From: Candidatus Jordarchaeales archaeon
GTDB taxonomy: Archaea > Asgardarchaeota > Jordiarchaeia > Jordiarchaeales > Freyrarchaeaceae
Assembly: GCA_038858525.1 (NCBI GenBank)
Contig: JAWCFL010000008.1
Coordinates: 1-23,395 of the forward strand
Direction of reading: 5' to 3'
DNA: 23,395 nt
This document shows, piece by piece, positions 16,830-23,395 of this stretch (position 1 is its first letter; every line of letters starts with the position of its first letter). The position numbers were made by a program, and so were the translations under genes. The notes under the pieces were generated by a model, which was not told the DNA's origin, did not search any database, and was given only the letters and a program-made list of their open reading frames with translations.

Positions 16830-17648
16830 ATGGCGGGTTTAGTCATTGATTTCCACGTTCACCCCTACTTTAATCATGGTGATGGCAAGAGCTTCAACTG
16901 GAGGGATTACTGGTCGCTGGAGCTCACATACCGCTCCCTCAAATACTTGAGGTTAAATGTCGGGGTGAGAAGACTCTGCAGATACTTCGAGGAACGCATG
17001 AAAAGAAGGAGGATAGGAATATGCGTCATGTCAACGTTTTACACTTACCTTAATGGTGTTGTGAAGGCTATGGCGGAACTTAGACCTGACCTCTTCGTCG
17101 GCTTCTGCAACGTTGATCCTCACGAGGCGTATGCTGGCAGGACACTTTTAAGGCTAGTTAAGGCTGAGGGGTTCAGGGGGCTTAAGCTCCACCCTCTTCA
17201 CCAGAGGTTCCGTCCGCAGGAAGCCCCAGAAATATGGGAGGCAGCATCGAGGCTAGGTATTCCCGTTCTAGTACACGCGGGCAGAATATGGAAAAATGAT
17301 CCGGACTACGCTGACCCATCCCACTTCTACGATGTCCTCGACACTTATCATGGATTCACGCTAGTCCTAGCTCACATGGGAGGAAACTACGTCAAGGAAG
17401 CTGTCGAGCTTGCAAAGAGGTTTGACAACGTGTTTTTGGAGACTTCAGGCGCCTCGGCGAGAAGAATAATGTACGCTCTGGAGCAACTTGGAGCTGAAAG
17501 AATAGTTTATGGAAGCGACTCTCCTTTCATACCAATGGGGGACCCCGTGCAGGAAATAGAGAAAATTAAAAATTTACCTGTAAGCAAGCGTGAAAAGGAC
17601 ATGATCCTAGGCGAAAACGCCGCGAAAATCCTTAGGTTACCCAAATGA
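16830..17648 (+). CDS. Amidohydrolase_2 family TIM-barrel metallohydrolase
   Basis: IDFHVH (HxH), GFRGLKLHP, PVLVHAG, LVLAHMGG, NVFLETSG, IVYGSDSPF; SD GGAGG. Confidence 0.92.
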   Translation: MAGLVIDFHVHPYFNHGDGKSFNWRDYWSLELTYRSLKYLRLNVGVRRLCRYFEERMKRRRIGICVMSTFYTYLNGVVKAMAELRPDLFVGFCNVDPHEAYAGRTLLRLVKAEGFRGLKLHPLHQRFRPQEAPEIWEAASRLGIPVLVHAGRIWKNDPDYADPSHFYDVLDTYHGFTLVLAHMGGNYVKEAVELAKRFDNVFLETSGASARRIMYALEQLGAERIVYGSDSPFIPMGDPVQEIEKIKNLPVSKREKDMILGENAAKILRLPK

Positions 17649-18128
17649 ACGCAGGGAACCTTACATCAGAATTTTTAATTTTTAAAGTAGAATTCTGCCT
17701 TCTTCTATTTTTGTTAAGTCGACCTCTCGAAGCTTCTAATGCTGAAAATGGAACATAGAGCTCAACAGGAGCTTTTTCAATACTCCTGATAACAAGGTCT
17801 TCCTGCATCAAAGCCCATTTAAGGGGAAGAAGAAAGTTTGAACGAAAAGGTCTTTTTAACTTTCTTTCTTGCTCTGCAAGCTATAAACCTCTCGGTTTTT
17901 ATTAAAGCATATTTTTCTGCGGGATACCCGCGAATTCTGCAGCCTCATCGAGAATCCTAAACCGTTATCTTGCGGATCTGGTTTATCCGGTACTTTTTCT
18001 CTCTTCCCAGGTTTAACATTCTCACAAAAGCCCTTAAGCAAATAAACCGAGAACTTTACCTTCTAAGTTCTACACTCAAGACTATCATGACTTCATTATA
18101 CTAATTGAAGTTTCCAAACTTAAACATC

Positions 18129-18146
18129 AAGGGGGGGAAGGGAAAA
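18129..18146 (-). terminator. Putative pyrimidine-tract terminator after the SMC-like/winged-helix operon
   Basis: Minus strand TTTTCCCTTCCCCCCCTT about 115 nt after the stop at 18261. Confidence 0.3.
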
Positions 18147-18260
18147 CATTTGAAAGGCTCTCCTCACCTGAATGTGGCATGTTACGTTCCCATAGAAGAA
18201 GCATTTCAAGTCGGGTTTTGCGTTTTGATGCTTAATTTCGTTGCTCTCGCCTAGTTAACG

Positions 18261-18857
18261 TCAGAATCCTATTTCTAGCATCGTTAGGAGAACCTCGCTT
18301 GGGCGGAGTTCCAGGTCCTCTATTTCGATCTCTACTATCTTTTTCAGTCTTACATCCTCGTTGTTTACTATCTCCACTATTCCGGCGTCGGCGAGCTGCT
18401 GGCAGAGTTGCACTACTCTCCACCTTTCAAGTCCGAGTGTTCTGGCTATCGTTGTGAAGGACAAGTGCTGCCCTCTTTTGTAGGCCTCAAAAAGCATGTC
18501 GTATATTTCAGCTCGCTTCTCGTGTGAGAGGGCGAATCCGAGTTTGGCGGCTTCATCAGCAGACATGTCGTCCAGAGTTCTTAATGTTCCATCATCAACA
18601 TCGGTTAGCTTAACCTTTAGCCTTTTGTTTAAGAGAAAGACTACTCCGAGGTGGACAGCCTTAAGCACGTTGCCTAAGCTTGGCTTAGAAAGGAATCTGA
18701 GCTGGTCGTAAACGTACTTGGATGACTTCCCCGTCTTCTTCTTCATCCAGTTTGGGTTGACCACCTTCTTGTCGAATATCTCTCTCAGTATCTCCACTCT
18801 AGTGGGGTGAGCTAGGGCCTTAAAGTAGGGCACTACGCTTTTTATTGAGCGGTTCAA
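18261..18857 (-). CDS. Tandem winged-helix protein (two ArsR-like wHTH repeats)
   Basis: Repeat 1: FKALAHPTRVEILREIF...GKSSKYVYDQLRFL. Repeat 2: FALSHEKRAEIYDMLF...GLERWRVVQLCQQLADAGIV. The TTG start overlaps the upstream TGA (TTGA, 18854-18857). Confidence 0.82.
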   Translation of the reverse strand: MNRSIKSVVPYFKALAHPTRVEILREIFDKKVVNPNWMKKKTGKSSKYVYDQLRFLSKPSLGNVLKAVHLGVVFLLNKRLKVKLTDVDDGTLRTLDDMSADEAAKLGFALSHEKRAEIYDMLFEAYKRGQHLSFTTIARTLGLERWRVVQLCQQLADAGIVEIVNNEDVRLKKIVEIEIEDLELRPSEVLLTMLEIGF

Positions 18858-21388
18858 CTTTGACCCTCCTCTCCGAGTGGCTCGACAGTTAATGGACTGG
18901 ACTTCGAAAATATGAATCCCGGCTGGAGACAGTTCATCTCCCTGAGCACGCCTGCCAAGTTAGATGCTGTATACTCGTCTAGGGGGACGTCAAGTATGAG
19001 GAAGCGCTTTTTCTTCCTTCCACTCCAAGCGCCGAGAAGCCCGGAGATTAAGGAGAGCAGAGATATGAACTCCCCGTCGCTCAACGTGTGAACTTTCTGG
19101 GAGACCCTCCTGCCGAGAACAAGCCGTTCTAGAATTCCACTGTCGATGCGGAAATCTTTTATTCCTAGAATCTCTCCGACCCTTGGCAGTTCCCTTGAGA
19201 TGATTTCGAAGAAATCCTTTTTGGCGTCGTGCTCAATTCGCTTCAGGAAGTCGGCAGCTAGCTCGGCAAGTTTGAAAGACTTCTCGGCCGATACTATGCG
19301 ACTTTCCCGTTTCTCTATCTCCCTCGCCAAAGTTGAGAAGCGCTCCGCCTTTACCTCGAGCTCCCTGACTTGTTTCTCGAGGTCTTCCTTCGAAGCCTTG
19401 AGCTGGCCGACCCGTCTCCTCAGTTCTGCCGCCTCCTTTCTGACCGCGGCGTAGCTTTCCTCTGTGTACTGCTGCCTTAAATTTTCAAGCTTCCTTTCCT
19501 CCTCTTCAAGTTCCCGCTTCATTTTCGCGAACTTCTCACGTGACTCCACTAGTTGCTTCTCTGCCTCCGCTACCCTGACCCTTAGAGCATCCATGACCCG
19601 TAAACTCTCATCTCTTTCCCTTCTAGCCTTTTCAAGTTCACCTCTCAGCTTGAACCTCTCTTTTTCAAGCTCCTTGGCCACCTCGTCTAGCCCCTCAAGC
19701 TTCCTCCTGACCGCGTCCAGCCTAAGTTCATACGTTTTTATGTTCTCTTCGACCTCCTGCATCCTCCTCTTTAACTCCTCGACTTCCTGCTCCTTAGCTC
19801 TAATAGATGCGCTGAGCTCCATGTAGCTTCTCTGGAGCTCTATAGCTTTATCCATTTCCCTTAGAGCGTCATTCAGCTCCCTTTGCCTGAACTGCAACTG
19901 CCTCACTTTCCTGTCAACGTCCTCGATGTGTTCTTCAAGCTCCTTCATTTCTCCGGAGAGGTTTACCATGTCTACATGGCACAGAGGACAGAAACCCCTT
20001 CTCTCAAGCCAGTTTTTGAACTCCTTAAGGAATCTAGCCTCTGAGGAAAGAGAGCTAAGAGACGGCTTAACCGTTCTTTCGAGTTCGTCAAAAAATTTCT
20101 CCCTTAGGGCTGTAAGAGGTGAAGAGTCATTGATGAGCTCTGGGAGCTCCTTCACTCTAGATCTCAGTGACAGATATGAGTCAACGACTTTCTGGAGGGA
20201 AATGACGTCCTTGTTCAGGTTGAACTCTTTAACTCTTACCTGCTCTTTTAGGCTTTCCAGTTCAGGCTTGAGTCGGGAAATCGCCTCTACAAGCTGTTTC
20301 TCTCTTTCTATGTAGGCTCCTCTGTCCTCCCCAGCGCCTGCCACCCCTGAGAGCTCTGCCTCTATCACTTCGAGCTTCTTCGTGATCGAGAGTATTTCCT
20401 CCTCGGCTCTTCGAACTTTCTCCTCTGACTTCTTAAGGTCGTCCTTCAGCAAGGCGACATCTTTCTCAAGCTGGTTGACCCTCCTCGCGGTGTCCTCGCA
20501 AGTCTTCCTCATGAGGTCTACTTGTTCCTCTTTCACCTTGATGCTACTGGCCAAGTTCTCTAAGCTGGACTTCCTCGATTCAAGCTCATCAATCCTAGCC
20601 AAAAGAGCGGATTGCTCCTCCTCAAGAGCTCTAACTTTCACTTTAAGTTCGTTTGCTTCTTTCATCCATCTAGATGAAAGCCCTAGGAAAGTTGCCTTAA
20701 GCCGACCGGCATACTCGGATAACCCATTCCCCCTCTCAGGGAGCGAGACACCTTCCTCCGCTAAGTATTCTTCGAAGCTTACGAGCTCTCCTTCAAGCTC
20801 CTCGAAGCGTATTCTTAAACTGGACTTCAGGGAGTCAAGGTCGCTTCTAAGTTGCTCCACCAAGTCGAGGTAGGTGAGAGACCGTATCTTGTTCTTGAGT
20901 TGCTGGTAGCTCTTCTCTAAGTCCCCTCTAAAAACAAAAACGTCCTTAATGTTGTCTAGCACGGGTTCACCGGTAAATTTTTCTAGGAAGGACGTAACAT
21001 CGCCATTTTCGGCGAGCAGCTCCCCCGTTTCTGGGTTCAGCACACGGCTCCTAACACGTAGAGAGCCGTCAGGGGAGCGGGACACCTCCCTAACAATACG
21101 GATAAGCTTTAAGTCGCTGCTCGACGAGTCCGCCAGCTCGACTTCAACGACTCCGCTGTCCCCTGCAAGGTAGTCTTCAACTGCTTTGACATCGCCAGTT
21201 ATGCCAAAGAGTATGAGGCGGGCCATGGAAGTCTTACCTGCACCCATACGCCCGGAAATCTTGAATGGCTCTCTGGGCAAAAAGTACCATTTCGACGAGT
21301 CCACGAACCCGCTAAATCCACTCACCCGGAACCCATTAAGGAAAATTCCATCGCGGGTCTCTTGGGCTGCATTAAGGCTTCCGGACAA
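18854..21388 (-). CDS. Rad50/SbcC/SMC-superfamily coiled-coil protein with a zinc hook and a degenerate ABC-ATPase head
   Basis: Walker A GRMGAGKT (res 46-53, 21230-21253); about 550 aa of heptad-rich coiled coil; central CPLC (res 467-470, 19979-19990); signature-like LSDGE (res 769-773); Walker B-like FLILDVPLDE (res 796-805). TTG start with SD GAGGTG. Confidence 0.88.
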   Translation of the reverse strand: MSGSLNAAQETRDGIFLNGFRVSGFSGFVDSSKWYFLPREPFKISGRMGAGKTSMARLILFGITGDVKAVEDYLAGDSGVVEVELADSSSSDLKLIRIVREVSRSPDGSLRVRSRVLNPETGELLAENGDVTSFLEKFTGEPVLDNIKDVFVFRGDLEKSYQQLKNKIRSLTYLDLVEQLRSDLDSLKSSLRIRFEELEGELVSFEEYLAEEGVSLPERGNGLSEYAGRLKATFLGLSSRWMKEANELKVKVRALEEEQSALLARIDELESRKSSLENLASSIKVKEEQVDLMRKTCEDTARRVNQLEKDVALLKDDLKKSEEKVRRAEEEILSITKKLEVIEAELSGVAGAGEDRGAYIEREKQLVEAISRLKPELESLKEQVRVKEFNLNKDVISLQKVVDSYLSLRSRVKELPELINDSSPLTALREKFFDELERTVKPSLSSLSSEARFLKEFKNWLERRGFCPLCHVDMVNLSGEMKELEEHIEDVDRKVRQLQFRQRELNDALREMDKAIELQRSYMELSASIRAKEQEVEELKRRMQEVEENIKTYELRLDAVRRKLEGLDEVAKELEKERFKLRGELEKARRERDESLRVMDALRVRVAEAEKQLVESREKFAKMKRELEEEERKLENLRQQYTEESYAAVRKEAAELRRRVGQLKASKEDLEKQVRELEVKAERFSTLAREIEKRESRIVSAEKSFKLAELAADFLKRIEHDAKKDFFEIISRELPRVGEILGIKDFRIDSGILERLVLGRRVSQKVHTLSDGEFISLLSLISGLLGAWSGRKKKRFLILDVPLDEYTASNLAGVLREMNCLQPGFIFSKSSPLTVEPLGEEGQS

Positions 21389-21436
21389 CTATGGCACCTC
21401 AACTTCTATTAAGTTAGAAGAGACTAAACAAAACAG

Positions 21437-21460
21437 GTCCTAGGCACCACTACCTAGGAC
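21437..21460. promoter_or_regulatory. Perfect inverted repeat GTCCTAGG-N8-CCTAGGAC upstream of the SMC-like operon
   Basis: Arms at 21437-21444 and 21453-21460; lies between the minus-strand TATA TTTATATT (21510-21517) and the start at 21388. Confidence 0.55.
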
Positions 21461-21623
21461 AAACCCTCCAATTTTTCACAATTTCCGTGAGAAAAAAGAA
21501 GTAGCGAGAAATATAAATTTATCTATCGTGAAAGAAACCCGGTAAATTAAGGATGCTCAGAGACAGCTACTGAAACACGCATAGGCGACCACCGAAAAAA
21601 TAAAAAGAGTATTATCGCTAAGA

Positions 21624-21887
21624 TTGATGTGCTGGGGGGGCTCGGTAAGGTTGACGCTTAAGCTTAACGAGAAAAAATATCCTCACGATGACGAAATAGT
21701 GTGGCATGATGACAGCGTGAACGCTGCTATAAGCAAGCTTATCAAGGGAGAAGACGTGTGGGTTTGCTCAAGAAAGCTCTCACTTCTAATCAAAAGGTAC
21801 GGCAAAGAAGTTGTTGTGGAGCCTCTCATATGGAGGCGAAAAGTTATTTTTAGAGTCGCCAACGCGGACCTTGCCCGTAAAAGTTAA
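21624..21887 (+). CDS. Small hypothetical protein divergent from the SMC-like operon
   Basis: 87 aa or fewer (a TTG start at LTLKLNE is plausible); protein-like composition; fills the space between the divergent promoter region and the convergent U32 stop 6 nt away. No family recognised. Confidence 0.55.
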   Translation: MMCWGGSVRLTLKLNEKKYPHDDEIVWHDDSVNAAISKLIKGEDVWVCSRKLSLLIKRYGKEVVVEPLIWRRKVIFRVANADLARKS

Positions 21888-21893
21888 GTGCAT

Positions 21894-23395
21894 TTAGGTA
21901 ACTCCTCTGAAAAAGTGGCCTCTGGTTATAGGGGCTAACTCCCTCAACGTTTTTTTGAACAACAAAGCGCTACTTCCGTCAAGCACGGACCTATAGGCCC
22001 TGACGACTTCCTCCACATAGCTAGGGTTCTTCGCTCGGCAGTCTAGTCTAGCAACTTTAACTCCTGCTTCAGCCAGCCGGTCTAGCGAATCTATCATGCA
22101 GAGATCTCTCGAGTTAAACAGGTGCATTCTGCAGTTCTGATCAAACATTACTGGAAAGCGGAACCCCCTTTCATCCTCGAGGTAAAATGATGATCTAAAG
22201 CATGGCGCACTGCATTTTCCTTCAGGGCAGAGGACGCTTCTAGCAACGCAGTGCTCAGAAACCATTAGCTCCAGCGGGCCGTGAGCCACGCACTCAACTT
22301 CCAACCCCTTCTTATGAATAAGGGATATCTGCTTTAGTGTTAGTTCAGGACTCAAAGCAACCCCCCTAACGCCTAACCGATTAAGCGCGTGTAGAGAAAT
22401 GGAGTTTGTCACGTTCAAGAAGTAGTCTACATAGACTGGAGCGACCTTCGCTTCCAGTAACAAGTTTAGTGTCCCGTAATTTCCAGCTAAAACCCCGTTA
22501 GGCCTAAGCGAGGCGATATTCTCCATTGAGGAGAAGAGGAGAGCGATTTCACGGCTTCGAGCTATTCTTGGGGTTGACAACATGAACTCAACCCCATGCT
22601 CCCTACAGTAGTCTGCTCCCTCGCTCAGCGCGTCAAAGCTCAGAGGACGATTAGGCTTAAAGTAATCACCGCCAATAACGATACGATCCGCGCCGCAGTC
22701 AACTGCCCGTTTAAGCGACTCAAGCTCGCCCACACTCACAGACAGAGTAAGCGAGACGTTGTGTAGAGTTGAGTCGGAACAAACAGAAAGTTGACCTGTG
22801 TCTCCTTGAGTTGAGAGATGATAGCTACAATATTCATCGCCGTCCTCCAAACGCGACTTCGCAACACCCTCCGAGAGCGCACTCCTCCCAATAGGCTGTT
22901 GACTGCCACACCCAGCAACGATGCAAGCTACCTTATCCTCTGCTTTTTGCAGAATGCCTTCAACCCACCTAACTACTCGAACGTCACGCGTCCTGTAAAC
23001 TGGACACCCCACATGTGCCTCGCCGCTGAATGGTATGCTGACCACCGCGCCCACGCTTGCCCGCTTGACTCGTCTTCCTTCAGAGTACATTTCGCTCACA
23101 ATGAAGCCCATTTTATTTTTCTCCGTTATTATTTCTAGGCCGTCGCCTACACGTAGCTCCTTTAAAAGTCGCACCTCAAGCATACCTCTCCTGTGACCGG
23201 TTACCTGTCCCACTTTGACCCCAACGTTGTCCGGTCTCTCGTAGTTCATCATGCCCACGCCCGGATCGCCGTCAATGTATCCCTCAGTAAAACCCCTGCT
23301 GAAAACAGACGCCAACCTCTCAACAGCCCGCTTACCAGGCTTTCTATTCTCTAAGGCCCCTTTTAGCGCGTGCTTGTAAACGTCCACGGTGACGG
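21894..23395 (-). CDS. U32 peptidase-family protein (long RlhA/YdcP-like architecture), C-terminal part; 5' end beyond the window
   Basis: FSRGFTEGY, GVKVGQV, LRVGDGLEI, VYRTRD, then a second U32-like barrel: GVLAGNYG, VDYFLNVTN, LSPEL, HGPLELMVSEHC, CSAPC, NCRMHLFNSRDLC. The frame stays open past GTG 23387 (..VTVDVYKHAL). Confidence 0.85.
   Translation of the reverse strand, partial: VTVDVYKHALKGALENRKPGKRAVERLASVFSRGFTEGYIDGDPGVGMMNYERPDNVGVKVGQVTGHRRGMLEVRLLKELRVGDGLEIITEKNKMGFIVSEMYSEGRRVKRASVGAVVSIPFSGEAHVGCPVYRTRDVRVVRWVEGILQKAEDKVACIVAGCGSQQPIGRSALSEGVAKSRLEDGDEYCSYHLSTQGDTGQLSVCSDSTLHNVSLTLSVSVGELESLKRAVDCGADRIVIGGDYFKPNRPLSFDALSEGADYCREHGVEFMLSTPRIARSREIALLFSSMENIASLRPNGVLAGNYGTLNLLLEAKVAPVYVDYFLNVTNSISLHALNRLGVRGVALSPELTLKQISLIHKKGLEVECVAHGPLELMVSEHCVARSVLCPEGKCSAPCFRSSFYLEDERGFRFPVMFDQNCRMHLFNSRDLCMIDSLDRLAEAGVKVARLDCRAKNPSYVEEVVRAYRSVLDGSSALLFKKTLRELAPITRGHFFRGVT

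Noticed and set aside
17939-17951. GCGGG-ATA-CCCGC hairpin
   Set aside because: A 5-bp stem with no U-tract or conserved context; not significant.
19146-20900. Apparent repetitiveness (CTCTT/CTTC-rich DNA) as a tandem repeat or CRISPR-like array
   Set aside because: It is explained by coiled-coil heptad codon usage on the minus strand; there are no exact periodic repeats or spacers.
18854-21388. Canonical Rad50 or canonical hinge-type SMC
   Set aside because: No adjacent mre11/herA/nurA, several catalytic motifs are degenerate, and there is a CxxC hook instead of a hinge domain.
18261-21887. Lamassu, Wadjet or Dnd defence operon
   Set aside because: No recognisable effector, topoisomerase-like nuclease, kleisin or Dnd modification gene is present; kept only as a comparison group.
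163-23138. Numerous antisense or overlapping ORFs in the track (e.g. 600-1208, 1736-2176, 3574-4083, 16308-16697, 19146-20873, 22818-23138)
   Set aside because: They shadow well-supported genes on the other strand or frame, have no motifs, and show the Ser/Leu/Phe-rich composition expected from reverse-complemented Glu/Lys/Arg codons.
1-23395. tRNA, rRNA, CRISPR array, IS/transposase or integrase
   Set aside because: No cloverleaf, rRNA signature, repeat-spacer array, DDE/tyrosine-recombinase motif or terminal repeats with target duplication were found by eye; tRNAscan-SE, Infernal and ISEScan runs would confirm.
1-23395. Assignment to Asgard archaea from the tandem winged-helix and scramblase-like genes
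   Set aside because: These folds are not lineage-specific and no marker gene is in the window; taxonomy needs a database search.

Overview
Archaeal chromosomal window, probably from a thermophile. Supporting signs are BRE/TATA promoters, GGAGG/GGTGA Shine-Dalgarno sites, frequent TTG/GTG starts and Glu/Lys/Arg-rich proteins; the exact lineage cannot be fixed from sequence alone. From left to right it holds: a partial crotonase overlapping a 3-hydroxyacyl-CoA dehydrogenase; a form IV RuBisCO-like protein; a LURP-one/scramblase-like protein; a radical SAM enzyme with an extra Cys cluster; three toxin-antitoxin pairs in about 3.5 kb (HEPN-MNT showing decay, two VapBC) around an iron-sulfur flavoprotein; an AMP-forming acyl-CoA ligase; a thioredoxin; an ADP-forming acyl-CoA synthetase alpha subunit; DUF362; a GH1 glycosidase-DUF2284-PadR run; an amidohydrolase; and a partial U32-family gene. 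The strongest candidate for an undescribed system is the operon at 18261-21388. It encodes an 844-aa Rad50/SMC-superfamily zinc-hook coiled-coil protein with a degenerate ABC-ATPase head, overlapping (TTGA) an internally duplicated tandem winged-helix protein. No Mre11/SbcD gene is adjacent, and a perfect 8-8-8 inverted repeat lies in the predicted leader. No tRNA, rRNA, CRISPR array or transposase was seen. All family assignments come from motif recognition by eye, without database searches.
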